Part shown: piece after piece, positions 38,331 to 48,422 of the stretch
How positions within the stretch are numbered: the stretch's first letter is position 1
How the letters are laid out: every line of letters starts with the position of its first letter
NCBI GenBank assembly: GCA_019057385.1
Contig: JAHQJS010000006.1
Span: 869,038-933,037 of the forward strand
From: Candidatus Borrarchaeum weybense
GTDB taxonomy: Archaea; Asgardarchaeota; Sifarchaeia; Borrarchaeales; Borrarchaeaceae
Direction: 5' to 3'
Length of the DNA stretch: 64,000 nucleotides
Notes under the pieces: generated by a model
Databases searched by the model: none
Told to the model about the DNA's origin: nothing
What the model saw: only the letters and a program-made list of their open reading frames with translations
Translations under genes and position numbers: made by a program

Positions 38331-39404
38331 GTGATTCAAATGAGTTTTTTAGAACGATTTCAAAAATATAAGCAAGTTATTGATAAGGAATTGGAATTAT
38401 TTCTTGCATCTGCAGTTAAAAGATATAAACAGTCAATCAACGCTGACGTGTATCAGGAAATACGTGATTATGTAATGAGAGGAGGAAAACGGCTTCGTGC
38501 ATTAGCTTTATTTATGGCATATAAAGCTTTAGGTGGCCAAAATCAAGATGTAGCACGTCAATTGTCAATTTGCGTTGAATTGTTACATAATTCCACCCTT
38601 GTTCACGATGATATAATTGATAGGGATGATAAACGTCGTAATGCCCCAGCTTTTCATATAAAGTTCCAAGAATTCTATAAACAGATAGATGACCAAAATG
38701 AAGTTAAAGTTCGCCGTTTTGGGGAATCCGTTGCAATTTTAGCAGGAAACATTCTGTACGAACTCGGGCTTGAGGTCATTTATCATTTGCAAACTCCTGA
38801 TGAAGTCAAATCAAAACTCATGGAAATATATGCATCGACCTATAGGAAAGTAAACGAAGGTCAGCTATTGGATCTCGCATTTGAAGACCGATTTGATATT
38901 GCTGAAAAAGAATATTATGAAATGGTCCAACTTAAAACAGGCGCCTTATTTGAAGCGTCTTTATTATTGGGGGTAACACTAGCACAAGGATCGGAAGAGC
39001 AGCTTGATACATTTGTTTCTTTTGGTATTCCAGCGTTTACTGCCTTTCAAATTCAGGATGACGTACTTGGAACTTTTGGAACAGATAAATGGGGAAAAAA
39101 TATTGAGAGTGATCTCCGAGAAGGAAAGAGAACCTTATTAGTGATAAAAACTCTTGAGAAACTAGGTGATGCTGATAGAGAGTTTTTTATCTCCACTATT
39201 GGGAACGCAAATGCCACTTCTGAAGAATTGGAGCGCGTTAGAAACCTTATGAAAAACTGTGGAGCATTGGGATATGCGACCGCTACTGCAAAAGAATTAA
39301 TTACACGGGCAAAACAACAACTGACTATTGAGCCATCATTAAAAAAGGAAGGGTTAGAGTTTTTTGAAGCGTTCGCTGATTTTCTGATCTCTAGAACCTA
39401 TTAA
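38331..39404 (+). CDS. Polyprenyl (geranylgeranyl) diphosphate synthase
   Basis: GGKRLR, LVHDDIIDRDDKRR, GQLLD, KTG, FQIQDD, SDLREGK. Confidence 0.92.
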   Translation: MIQMSFLERFQKYKQVIDKELELFLASAVKRYKQSINADVYQEIRDYVMRGGKRLRALALFMAYKALGGQNQDVARQLSICVELLHNSTLVHDDIIDRDDKRRNAPAFHIKFQEFYKQIDDQNEVKVRRFGESVAILAGNILYELGLEVIYHLQTPDEVKSKLMEIYASTYRKVNEGQLLDLAFEDRFDIAEKEYYEMVQLKTGALFEASLLLGVTLAQGSEEQLDTFVSFGIPAFTAFQIQDDVLGTFGTDKWGKNIESDLREGKRTLLVIKTLEKLGDADREFFISTIGNANATSEELERVRNLMKNCGALGYATATAKELITRAKQQLTIEPSLKKEGLEFFEAFADFLISRTY

Positions 39405-39432
39405 ACGTAGTTTTTTCTCCATTCACAAAATG

Positions 39433-40677
39433 CTACATACTGAACGTTCGAATCAGCAAGATCAGGCTGAAGGCCATCACAGTAATTATTACTATACCCT
39501 CATAGACGTCCAATTGTTCATCATCAAGTATCGATGTCTTAATGAGATAAACGACCGCTACCCCCACTGCAAGTTGAAAAATTATCGCTGGGTCCAAAGG
39601 TATCAATGCAATAACGCCAATGAAACCGATAATCAGCGTGTAGCTCTGAAGCACCCCAGACAATGTATTTCCTAAAGCCAGATGTAATTGTCCTTTCCTT
39701 GCGCTAATTAATGCTATTGCATGCTCGGGAATAGAACCCGATGCTCCAATTAAAACAGAAATGATGATAATTGGTATCGTTGGATTAAACTCGATAAAGA
39801 TTTCAACGCTATGTGTAATCAATTCAGCACCAATGCCAATCCCTGCAAAGCCTATGATTAATAAAGCTGCGGTTGCTTTCTTAGATAATTTATGTACGTG
39901 GACGTCGTGAGCTTCTTCTTTTTCAGCTTCTTGTGCTTTAGCTTGTTTCAAAGGTTTTCCAAAGAAGATATACACTATGTAAAGAACGTAGGTAAGTAAA
40001 AGAATCGCCGCAGCTTCCCTGGGAAGAAATTCCTTACCTGGCTGTAAGAAGAGGAGGTATTCAGCTATCCCTAAAATCAAAACCAACCCAAGCATAACGA
40101 CGGTAGCACGCATGAGGTCGCTTTCAACTACTATAACTGCTTTCGGCACCTTCATGTGCGACGAATGTGCTTGTCTTGCTCCTACAAAGATCACTATGCC
40201 CACAAGGAGCACGTTAAATAGTGCGGCAGCGAACACTAGAAGAACTGCAAATTCGGTCAGAGAAGGATTGTTCGTGACTGCGCCTCTATATGCAGAAAGT
40301 CCCGCAAGAGCCAATTCAGGGGTGTTAGAGGCTATAGATGAAAGAACACCTGCTACATAAGCACCAACACCAAGAAAACTATAGGCTAATGATTCAATGC
40401 CTTTTACTGCAATTTCAGACATTCGAAGGGCACACCATATACCAAGAATGATCCCTAAAATCATAAGAGCATATGATGCGTTGAACAAGTTGAATGCGCT
40501 GTGGGTAATGAACATAAAAAGATAGATAACACCAAGTACTAATACAATGGATAATTCTTTTACTCCAAATCCTAGCAAATCCCAAGTTGAGTGTTTATCA
40601 GTTTCATTTGTCAAAGTTGTACTCCCCTTAATGAACAACTCTAGTTTTCTTTTACTTGCGTTATGAAAATAGCTCAC
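39433..40677 (-). CDS. Ca2+/cation antiporter (CaCA, Na_Ca_ex) family protein
   Basis: Alpha repeats ASNTPEL and SGSIPEH...LALGN. Confidence 0.85.
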   Translation of the reverse strand: MSYFHNASKRKLELFIKGSTTLTNETDKHSTWDLLGFGVKELSIVLVLGVIYLFMFITHSAFNLFNASYALMILGIILGIWCALRMSEIAVKGIESLAYSFLGVGAYVAGVLSSIASNTPELALAGLSAYRGAVTNNPSLTEFAVLLVFAAALFNVLLVGIVIFVGARQAHSSHMKVPKAVIVVESDLMRATVVMLGLVLILGIAEYLLFLQPGKEFLPREAAAILLLTYVLYIVYIFFGKPLKQAKAQEAEKEEAHDVHVHKLSKKATAALLIIGFAGIGIGAELITHSVEIFIEFNPTIPIIIISVLIGASGSIPEHAIALISARKGQLHLALGNTLSGVLQSYTLIIGFIGVIALIPLDPAIIFQLAVGVAVVYLIKTSILDDEQLDVYEGIVIITVMAFSLILLIRTFSM

Positions 40678-40882
40678 GCATCTTATTTAACTTATTCGGA
40701 TTCATTTGTAGGGTAATTGAATAAATTGCTTTAAACTAAACTCCTAAAAGAAATAAAGAATAAACCAAGATGTTTTCCAAAAAAAAGAAAATGAATTGCA
40801 ATTTAATGAAAGAAGAGCGAATTTTCTTTTTAGTAAAAAGAATGATATGCTTCTTCTAGGCTTTTAAATGTGATTTAATTGA

Positions 40883-41374
40883 CTATCCAATCGGTGCACC
40901 ATGTGCTAGGCTATATTTGTAGATATAGTCGAACCATTCATCTTCGGCAATAGTTTCTTTTTCGATTATGAACTTGCTAATCGTTTTAAGTAATTCATGA
41001 TGGCGGTGTTCATCTGCGATGATCGTCTCTAGTAAAAATTTAACTTTCTGGTCCTTTGGGCTGTCCCCGATTTTACTGAGTATTTCCTCGTATTGTTTCA
41101 TGGCTTTTTCTTCATTTTCTATATGAATTTTGATATCCCTATTTAGAACAGCATTATCTTCGTCGCTAATGGCAGGTGAAAAGTCTAACAGTCCTGTTAT
41201 TGCTCTAAATACTAAAGCATGTTTCATTGAGTCGAAAGCAACTCCTCGCAGAAGTTCTTTTAGCAAAAGATTTTGTAGAGCATCAGTACTTTTATTAACA
41301 GCTTGTACAATTTGTTCTTCAAACGCAATAGATTTCTCACATTGCGCTTTTAGTTCTTCTTTGCTTAATGACAA
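40883..41374 (-). CDS. Ferritin/rubrerythrin-like di-iron protein
   Basis: FEE..., DSMKH, HIENE, DEHRHH. Confidence 0.75.
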   Translation of the reverse strand: MSLSKEELKAQCEKSIAFEEQIVQAVNKSTDALQNLLLKELLRGVAFDSMKHALVFRAITGLLDFSPAISDEDNAVLNRDIKIHIENEEKAMKQYEEILSKIGDSPKDQKVKFLLETIIADEHRHHELLKTISKFIIEKETIAEDEWFDYIYKYSLAHGAPIG

Positions 41375-41535
41375 TTTTTTACCTCCAATATAATGGGTTT
41401 TTACCCTACTCTTCTATGACTTATTTCCTATGTTTATAGTGAGTAACAAATAACTTTTTCGTTTGTGGTGTTTTAGTCTAAAGAAGCTTTTCAAAGTTAT
41501 ATTCAAGAAAAAAAATCAAAAATGTCGTACGTTTA

Positions 41536-42045
41536 TTATAGCGAACTGCCGCAATTTGGACAAAACACAGAGCCCGAAGGTATCTTCTCACCACAGTACG
41601 GACAGAACTTCTGAGCAACACTCTCTGTTTCAATCACTGGTTGAGGTGTTGTTTGAGATGTCTCTGTACCAATTATAACTTCGCCAGAAGCATGGTCAAA
41701 TGTTGTTTTAATTCTTCCTTCTGTTCTTAGATCCACTATCGCATCTCTCACATCATCTTCTTTCATATTCAGTTCGGATGCCAATTGTCCAATCGTTACA
41801 CGAGTGTATGATCTAAGAGCTGATAAAACAGCATTTTTAGCACGTGATCGCTGGACAGTTGCACTTATAGCAATTAGTAACAAGATTCCTCCGGGGATTA
41901 ACATCCATGGACTTCCATAAAAACCTGGGCGTATAAGATTGATAAGTGAAACAGCAATGAAGATGATTCCAATGATAAAAAGCACATAGGGGATAGAATT
42001 ATAATGCAGGCGATGCCTACGACCACGACCCAATTTTCTTCTCAC
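41536..42045 (-). CDS. Membrane protein with wHTH/PCI-like domain and C-terminal zinc ribbon
   Basis: 2 TM; RVTIGQLASEL..EDDVRDAIVDL...G.I; CPYCG...CPNCG. Confidence 0.7.
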   Translation of the reverse strand: MRRKLGRGRRHRLHYNSIPYVLFIIGIIFIAVSLINLIRPGFYGSPWMLIPGGILLLIAISATVQRSRAKNAVLSALRSYTRVTIGQLASELNMKEDDVRDAIVDLRTEGRIKTTFDHASGEVIIGTETSQTTPQPVIETESVAQKFCPYCGEKIPSGSVFCPNCGSSL

Positions 42046-42187
42046 TCCTTTTTGAAAGTCTGTTGTAATTATTATATTAGAAATTCTTTCCCATTTTCGT
42101 TCATATATATTTTTATTTTAACTTAATCGGCGGGAAGTCCAGAAGAATTAAATACTCACAAATTCCAATCTTAAGCTCGAAACGGAG

Positions 42188-42781
42188 ATGGTATTCTTGT
42201 TCCCTGGAAGCATTTTATCTGAAGATTTTTTCGAGAGAGATCCAGAGATCGTAGCAAAGGAACTATTAGGTAAAAAATTGATTAGAAAATTGGATAAGAC
42301 TTTCCTAGAAGGGATAATAGTAGAAACTGAGGTCTATTACGGCTTAGATGATCCTGCTTCTCGAGCTTATCATGGCAAGAAAGATTATAATATAATGATG
42401 TGGAAAGAGCCGGGAATAGTCTTTATCTATAATGTCCACAAGTATTGGATGTTCAATATAGTTGCTCACAAACCTAGTCAAATTGGGGCTGTTTTAATAA
42501 GGGCTCTTGAGCCGACTAAAGGAATAGAATTTATGTTAGTGCATAGGCCCGTTAAAAAAGAGATTGATTTAACGAATGGTCCTGGAAAACTTACTATTGC
42601 TCTGAAAATCGATAAGAGTTTAAATGGGATCCCAGTTACTTCTGAAAGCCAAATTATGATTATAGACAATAAAATGGAATTTAAAATTGGTAGTTCGTAC
42701 AGAATAGGTGTAAAGAAGGATTTACAGAGAAAACTAAGATTCTACATCAAAGGGAATAAATTTGTTTCTAGGAAGGAGTAG
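42188..42781 (+). CDS. mpg: 3-methyladenine DNA glycosylase (MPG/AAG family)
   Basis: VAKELLGK, IVETE.Y.G.DDPAS, AVLIRALEP, LTNGPGKL, RIGV. Confidence 0.92.
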   Translation: MVFLFPGSILSEDFFERDPEIVAKELLGKKLIRKLDKTFLEGIIVETEVYYGLDDPASRAYHGKKDYNIMMWKEPGIVFIYNVHKYWMFNIVAHKPSQIGAVLIRALEPTKGIEFMLVHRPVKKEIDLTNGPGKLTIALKIDKSLNGIPVTSESQIMIIDNKMEFKIGSSYRIGVKKDLQRKLRFYIKGNKFVSRKE

Positions 42782-42883
42782 CTAATATTATGGACTTCAC
42801 GATTGGGAAATTAATTAGAAACGCAGTTATATTTAGATAACTAATATTGCAAAAAAAACGACAAAATTCTATTTTCTAAATAA

Positions 42884-43198
42884 TTGAAGGTTGAAAGGAA
42901 AATGAAAGACGCATTTGACACTATTTCAGAGAATTTGATCGGCAAAGAAATCACTTTAGTTGGCCAAGCTGTTGATTGTAAAGCAGCAGCATGTCTAAAA
43001 TTAAAAAATGATATCGTTGTATATATCCCGAATTTAGATTTTTGGAATTCCGAATTTTTTGGAAAAACCGTTTATGTAACTGGAATACTCCAATGGGAAA
43101 AAATTATCCCTGACCCCATCATTGACGAAAACGGAGCAATAAGTACAGGTGCAGAAGGTGACCAGCTCATTTTAGAAAACGCAAAATGGGAATTATGA
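42884..43198 (+). CDS. Hypothetical protein (possible OB-fold)
   Basis: 104-aa ORF, beta-rich. Confidence 0.6.
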   Translation: MKVERKMKDAFDTISENLIGKEITLVGQAVDCKAAACLKLKNDIVVYIPNLDFWNSEFFGKTVYVTGILQWEKIIPDPIIDENGAISTGAEGDQLILENAKWEL

Positions 43199-43264
43199 AA
43201 ACAACAGTAAATAGAAACTTGTTTTTCACAAAAGTGAGATGGGGATACAAAAATAAGTCCTGAG

Positions 43265-43549
43265 ATGCTAACGAGGCGTGAAAAAATCAAAAGGATTTTA
43301 CAAGAGGATAGATTTACAGATATTGACGAATTAGTTATGGAATTTGATATTTATGATAAAAAGTTGCTTATTACCGATCTTCAACATATAGAACGCTCGT
43401 TAAAACGGCTTCCTCAAAAATTGATTATGAAACCTGCTCAATGTCAAGAATGTGGGTTTACTTTTGAAAACAAGAGAATAAAATATCCTTCAAAATGTCC
43501 AAAATGTAAGGGACAAAGAATCCTCTCTCCTCAGTTCAAAATATTGTAA
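43265..43549 (+). CDS. Archaeal HTH plus Zn-ribbon transcriptional regulator (COG3357-like)
   Basis: TRREKI...DLQHI.RS...PAQCQECGFTF...PSKCPKCK. Confidence 0.85.
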   Translation: MLTRREKIKRILQEDRFTDIDELVMEFDIYDKKLLITDLQHIERSLKRLPQKLIMKPAQCQECGFTFENKRIKYPSKCPKCKGQRILSPQFKIL

Positions 43550-43596
43550 TGGTGTAACCTTAACTCTCTCAAAAATAAAAAGAAGGAAGGCATGAG

Positions 43597-44325
43597 TTAA
43601 AGTAGGATGCCGGCTAACGGAGCTAAGATTATTAGAATCCATGAAATTATTATGGCTACTAAAGACGGATAAAGTAGTTTCTTTTTCAATTGCTCGTTAT
43701 CAGCAAAGCCAAAATAGTCGTCGAAATACTTGGCTTCGAAGATTCTTCTCAGCGCGGCAATGCAACCAATAGCAGGAATAATCCAGATCGCGTCTATGAT
43801 AGTAAATGCCACGATTACGCCGAATCCAGGGCCGAATAGATAGGTATCCGCCAAAACAAATGCTCCTGTTTCCCAAAGTACACCGATTATCATTGCAAAG
43901 ATTTCCCATTTTCCACTATTACCGTTTTTATGCCGTAATTTGCCAACAATAAATGCTTCTGCACCTCTTACGGCAACTATTCCTGGAATAAAGACGGCTG
44001 GAAATCCTAGCAAAGCCGTTAAGTAGAGTAAGCCAACAAATTGACCGATACAGATCACAGGAGTTGCAAAACTAGGACCATATAAAATGGCAATTGCGAA
44101 GATTAGAACAGATGATGCGTCAATACTGCCAAGGGGGATTGGCATTGGTATCGTGAGTATTTTGAGGAACGCTACCAGCGATGACAGGATCGCGATTTGT
44201 GCGATAAGAAATGCTGTTGACTCTAATGTTGAATTGCTATAGGATTTTGATTCACTCATTATTAACAACCCGCCAACTAATGTGGCATACCACATTATAT
44301 GATATAACTCATTTATATAACTCAC
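43597..44325 (-). CDS. ECF transporter S component (start probably 44259)
   Basis: Hydrophobic; IPMP...GSID...AILYGP, VRGAEAFIVG. Confidence 0.7.
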   Translation of the reverse strand: MSYINELYHIMWYATLVGGLLIMSESKSYSNSTLESTAFLIAQIAILSSLVAFLKILTIPMPIPLGSIDASSVLIFAIAILYGPSFATPVICIGQFVGLLYLTALLGFPAVFIPGIVAVRGAEAFIVGKLRHKNGNSGKWEIFAMIIGVLWETGAFVLADTYLFGPGFGVIVAFTIIDAIWIIPAIGCIAALRRIFEAKYFDDYFGFADNEQLKKKLLYPSLVAIIISWILIILAPLAGILL

Positions 44326-44391
44326 TTATATATTGGTAATAAAAACGGGGAACAACTCATATGTACAATAACTACCCAAGAAGGTTAATGT

Positions 44392-45360
44392 ATGAAATTA
44401 CATAAGGGAAAACTCACTTTAAAAGAGCTCCAACGCCTTGTTTTGTCATACATTTCCTCTGTTGAGACTCCACGCCTAGATTTTTCTGTTGCACAAACAG
44501 CGAGCGGCTTTCTAATTTCAGCATCAGATCCTGTCATTGGGGTGCCATTGAATCATTACGGCTTTTTTTCTGTCCATTATTCTGCTGGAGATGTATCACT
44601 CTCTGGTATTAGACCCCAATATTTAATTTTAGGGATTTATTATCCTCCTGGTTTTGATTCAGCTTGGTTAGAAAATAATATGGATATTCTTGGAAAAGAA
44701 GCAAAAAAATATGACATAAAGATCCTAGGTGGGCATACTGGCGCGTATGATGGCCTACAGACTCCTATTTTTTCTACTACTGCGTTTACATTTACAAGTG
44801 AAGAACGAAATATACTTAATCCACAAAATCTGAAGCCAGGAGATTCATTGATAATTGTAGGTCCAGTTACTCGTGAAATTGCATGGGCAGTGGCAAATTT
44901 CAAACCAGTGATATTCTCAGAACACTGTGAAACAAAACCAGAAGATATCGCGTCAGATTTATCATATTTAACAGTCTTAGACTGTGCTATAAAAGCTGCA
45001 GAAAATGGAGCTATTGCAATGCATGATCTGGCTGAAGGAGGCTTGATTACAGCTCTCAATGAATTCGCAAATGCGTCAAGTTTGGGAATAGAACTTGATT
45101 CGGATTTGATACCCTGGGATAATTTAGGGTACACTTTGGTTACAGCGTTAGACGGAGACATTTTTTCAGCATCTTCATTTGGTAGCATACTAATCGGCGC
45201 TAGTAATGAGAATACTGAGGATATTATAAATGCGCTTACGCCTCTAAGACCATGTACAATCGCAGGAAAATTCACTTCAAAGAAAAATATAATTCTGAAA
45301 AAGAACGGAAAGGATCTAGTGATTAAAAAGAAAGAAGATATTTATTCTAGGCTATTTTAA
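44392..45360 (+). CDS. AIR synthase-related (HypE/ThiL-like) protein
   Basis: SASDP, ILGGHT, AMHDLAEGGL. Confidence 0.85.
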   Translation: MKLHKGKLTLKELQRLVLSYISSVETPRLDFSVAQTASGFLISASDPVIGVPLNHYGFFSVHYSAGDVSLSGIRPQYLILGIYYPPGFDSAWLENNMDILGKEAKKYDIKILGGHTGAYDGLQTPIFSTTAFTFTSEERNILNPQNLKPGDSLIIVGPVTREIAWAVANFKPVIFSEHCETKPEDIASDLSYLTVLDCAIKAAENGAIAMHDLAEGGLITALNEFANASSLGIELDSDLIPWDNLGYTLVTALDGDIFSASSFGSILIGASNENTEDIINALTPLRPCTIAGKFTSKKNIILKKNGKDLVIKKKEDIYSRLF

Positions 45361-45391
45361 AATATCTTTCAAATTCTATGGGTTGACTTGA

Positions 45392-45952
45392 ATGCCAAAA
45401 AGCGAAAAAAATCAAGATTCAAAGAAAATTATTAGTTCATTACAAGATGCAATTAAAATGCTTGAAGAGTGTAAGGAATTTAGTAAACTAATTCCAGAAG
45501 TTGGCTCAAATATGGTTTACGCTCTTGAGAATGCAAAAACAAGAGAGGATGTAGCTGGGTTAACTGGGCGTATTATAAAAGTAAAGAATCAAGCGACTGC
45601 GGTAGGGGAAGTTGAATTTGGATGGTCAAAATATATGGGATCAGTAATCCTTACTGCTTTGACAATTGATAAAGAGAAGAGGGCTGCAATATCCTTAAGA
45701 AATGATCTGAAGATAGTCTCGGCTTGCAAATCTCTAGGATTAGAACTGATAGAATTTGGGGAAAAAGCACCAGAAAGTTATGTTAAGGAGAAATGTGTTA
45801 CTCCATTCGCATTGTTGACCTTAAAAGAAGTCCCTGATGGTATCTATGATCATGGTGATATAGGAATTGAACCCCTAATCATATTATTTGGAGTTGAGCC
45901 GTTAAACCTTGCTCAAACGGTGTGCAAAGTAGCTAAAGCGTTAGAGGATTGA
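45392..45952 (+). CDS. thiN: ThiN-type thiamine-phosphate synthase family protein
   Basis: LIPEVGSNMVYAL, DVAGLTGRI, EFG.SKY, PDGIYDHGDIGIEP. Confidence 0.8.
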   Translation: MPKSEKNQDSKKIISSLQDAIKMLEECKEFSKLIPEVGSNMVYALENAKTREDVAGLTGRIIKVKNQATAVGEVEFGWSKYMGSVILTALTIDKEKRAAISLRNDLKIVSACKSLGLELIEFGEKAPESYVKEKCVTPFALLTLKEVPDGIYDHGDIGIEPLIILFGVEPLNLAQTVCKVAKALED

Positions 45953-45958
45953 AGAAAC

Positions 45959-46678
45959 TTGAAACACAAAACTGTTGTGCGTTCGGGATTTAATTCGATT
46001 TCTGGCTTCTATGATTTCTGGTATGACACTCCTCTTGGTGCTTACGCAGATCGAGTAGAAAAACGCGTATTTCAAAGTTTCTTAAGAGATTTGCCCTCAA
46101 ATACTTTGGTGCTTGATCTAGGAACGGGAACTGGTGTCCTTCTACAATTCTTATTGCAGAAAAACTTTGAAGTAATTGGAATTGACTTTTCAAAAGATAT
46201 GATTAGAAAAGCTAATGAAAAAATTGGTAAAAATCAAGGATCACTCGTTCTTGGTGATATTGAAAACTTACCCTTTCAGAATGAAGCTTTTGATATAGTT
46301 TCAGCTATGACAACCTTAGAATTTGTTAATAACGTAGAGAAACTCCTGCAAGAAATTAGGCGAGTTCTTAAATCAGGAGGACAATTCATCTTAGGCGTCC
46401 TTACATCGCTGAGCTCTTGGTCCTTTGATAGGAAAATACGAGGTATAATTTCAAAAGATATTTTTTCGTATGCTAAGTTCTATACTTCTTTTGAACTCAT
46501 AAAATTGCTTAAAGGTGCAAAATTTAGTGAAATAGATATAAAAGGTGCTGTATTTGCCCCTCCGTTTACCCCTAAACGTTTTTTTCCATTTGTAGAGAGA
46601 ATTGAGCAAAAAATCATGGAATCTTCGATTTTACGCATGATTGGTGCGTTTCTTGCAGTCAGGGCAAAAAAAATCTAA
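45959..46678 (+). CDS. Class I SAM-dependent methyltransferase
   Basis: VLDLGTGTG, GIDFS, LPF..EAFD, RVLKSGG. Confidence 0.92.
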   Translation: MKHKTVVRSGFNSISGFYDFWYDTPLGAYADRVEKRVFQSFLRDLPSNTLVLDLGTGTGVLLQFLLQKNFEVIGIDFSKDMIRKANEKIGKNQGSLVLGDIENLPFQNEAFDIVSAMTTLEFVNNVEKLLQEIRRVLKSGGQFILGVLTSLSSWSFDRKIRGIISKDIFSYAKFYTSFELIKLLKGAKFSEIDIKGAVFAPPFTPKRFFPFVERIEQKIMESSILRMIGAFLAVRAKKI

Positions 46679-46767
46679 TAAAAAATCAGCATCTCCGAAT
46701 TTCCATCTCATATCTATACCTAAGGCTTCAAAGCTTGATAAAAAAAAGAAATGAAGATTTAAGTTTT

Positions 46768-47397
46768 TTACTTCTTGTGATATCGTACCAAGCTAATGAC
46801 AACGAGTGTTGCAACAGAAGCGAAGGCAATCAAGAGCGTACCGAGACATAATCCTCCAGCTGAAGTTAGATTTGCAGTTGTAGAAACTAGTTGAACTTCT
46901 AAACTATCTCCCCGGTCACTGGAACCTTGTGCTTCAAAAAGGATACCAGTACCAGAATCAATCCAAACTTCCATTGTCCATGTTGTACCATCTTCTGTCT
47001 CTTCATAATTTATATTGGCAGCTTCATAGTTGTTTCCATCAAAATTATAATTCTCTGTTGGTGCACCTTCCAATTGCGACTGAGAATATAAAAAGGGTCT
47101 CCAGTCATCGTCAGTTTCTGTACTAGTAAACGTGCTACCGAATAAAGACATTGCCGTTTTGGCCCTGACAGTGCCATCATTAATCTCAAGGATTTCCATC
47201 TGAGTGGTGAATTCTAAGGACCACGTGCTCTCATCTTCCATGACGGTTGTTGCGTCGGTGTCCCATTCCATTGTATCGCCAACTGCTAAATTTCCCCATT
47301 CTCCAGCAGCAACCGTTGTCGTTGCTGTGCTTGTTAAAAGACAGATCACGAAAACGCTGAGAATGCTTAAAAGAATTTTTTCTCTTGTTCTCCCCAT
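46768..47397 (-). CDS. Secreted/surface protein with C-terminal CxGT-TM-basic tail
   Basis: Signal peptide; C-terminus GGLCLGTLLIAFASVATLVVISLVRYHKK. Confidence 0.75.
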   Translation of the reverse strand: MGRTREKILLSILSVFVICLLTSTATTTVAAGEWGNLAVGDTMEWDTDATTVMEDESTWSLEFTTQMEILEINDGTVRAKTAMSLFGSTFTSTETDDDWRPFLYSQSQLEGAPTENYNFDGNNYEAANINYEETEDGTTWTMEVWIDSGTGILFEAQGSSDRGDSLEVQLVSTTANLTSAGGLCLGTLLIAFASVATLVVISLVRYHKK

Positions 47398-47602
47398 GAA
47401 TTTCCCTCATGTGATTTACTTTATTAAAATGAAAATCGTAAAACTGTTTTATACATTTTTTGTGAAAAATAGTCATCCAATAGCAATCTATGTAGTCAAC
47501 TAAAATAAAAAAATGCAATAAGATTTCAACCTTATCTTAAAGCAAGCATATCTCTACGTACCAAAGTGTACAATACTTTGCAAAATAAAAAAAAGTGAAG
47601 AT

Positions 47603-48292
47603 TTAGATTTTTTTCTTCTTTTGGTATCGTACCAAGCTAATGGCAACTAGTGTTGTGACGGAAGCCAAGCTAATAAGGATTGTACCGAAGCATATACCTG
47701 CTTTTGTTAGACTTGCAGTTGTACTTTGTAATTCAATCCATGTTTGGGCTGTTCCACCTGTAGTGAATCGCCATTCGAACAATATTCCAGTGTCTCTATC
47801 AAACCAGAGTTCCAGACTGTCTCCACTAGAATCGACGTATTTGAAGTAGTGTGTCTTATACCGTCCTCCTTTCCAATTGAAATTAGCTTCAGAATAAGTG
47901 CTATCAGCATTTGCTTCAGCATCAGCTTTCATTTGCTGCAAGTAACTCTGAGGATATAGCATGAAGATTATGGCACTCGAATCCGAATATGTACCTTCGT
48001 CAGTGGAACTGGTAGAGTCATAAGTTACTGTAGTTTTATAACTATATGTGAGTACTGTTCCACTAATATCAAGTATCTTGACCTCGATGTACGTAACCGG
48101 ACTGGTAGGATCTGTAGGCTCCCAATCCAATTTCCATGACATTTCGTCTCCAGTTTCTAAATTACCGAAATCTCCCGCAGCAACTGTTGTTGTCGCCGTA
48201 CTGAGTAAAAGACAGACCATAACTACACTGATGATGCTAATAAGAAACTTGCTGTTTCTTCTCATTATTTTCTCCCTACAATTTATTTTCAA
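47603..48292 (-). CDS. Secreted/surface protein, paralog of 46768-47397 (start probably 48265)
   Basis: STATTTVAAG..GNL..GD.M.W; C-terminus AGICFGTILISLASVTTLVAISLVRYQKKKKI. Confidence 0.75.
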   Translation of the reverse strand: MKINCREKIMRRNSKFLISIISVVMVCLLLSTATTTVAAGDFGNLETGDEMSWKLDWEPTDPTSPVTYIEVKILDISGTVLTYSYKTTVTYDSTSSTDEGTYSDSSAIIFMLYPQSYLQQMKADAEANADSTYSEANFNWKGGRYKTHYFKYVDSSGDSLELWFDRDTGILFEWRFTTGGTAQTWIELQSTTASLTKAGICFGTILISLASVTTLVAISLVRYQKKKKI

Positions 48293-48422
48293 AAAACTAT
48301 TGAATACTGTTGATTTAAAAAAAGGCAGACTTATCCTATAAAAATCTAATAGTCAATTCCTGCGTCCTGTCATATGCAAAAAACAAAATTATTTATCGCA
48401 TTTATATTACAACAGTATCTAG

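Noticed and set aside
44326-44391. TPP riboswitch near the thiamine-related genes
   Set aside because: The spacer is short and lacks the CTGAGA core.
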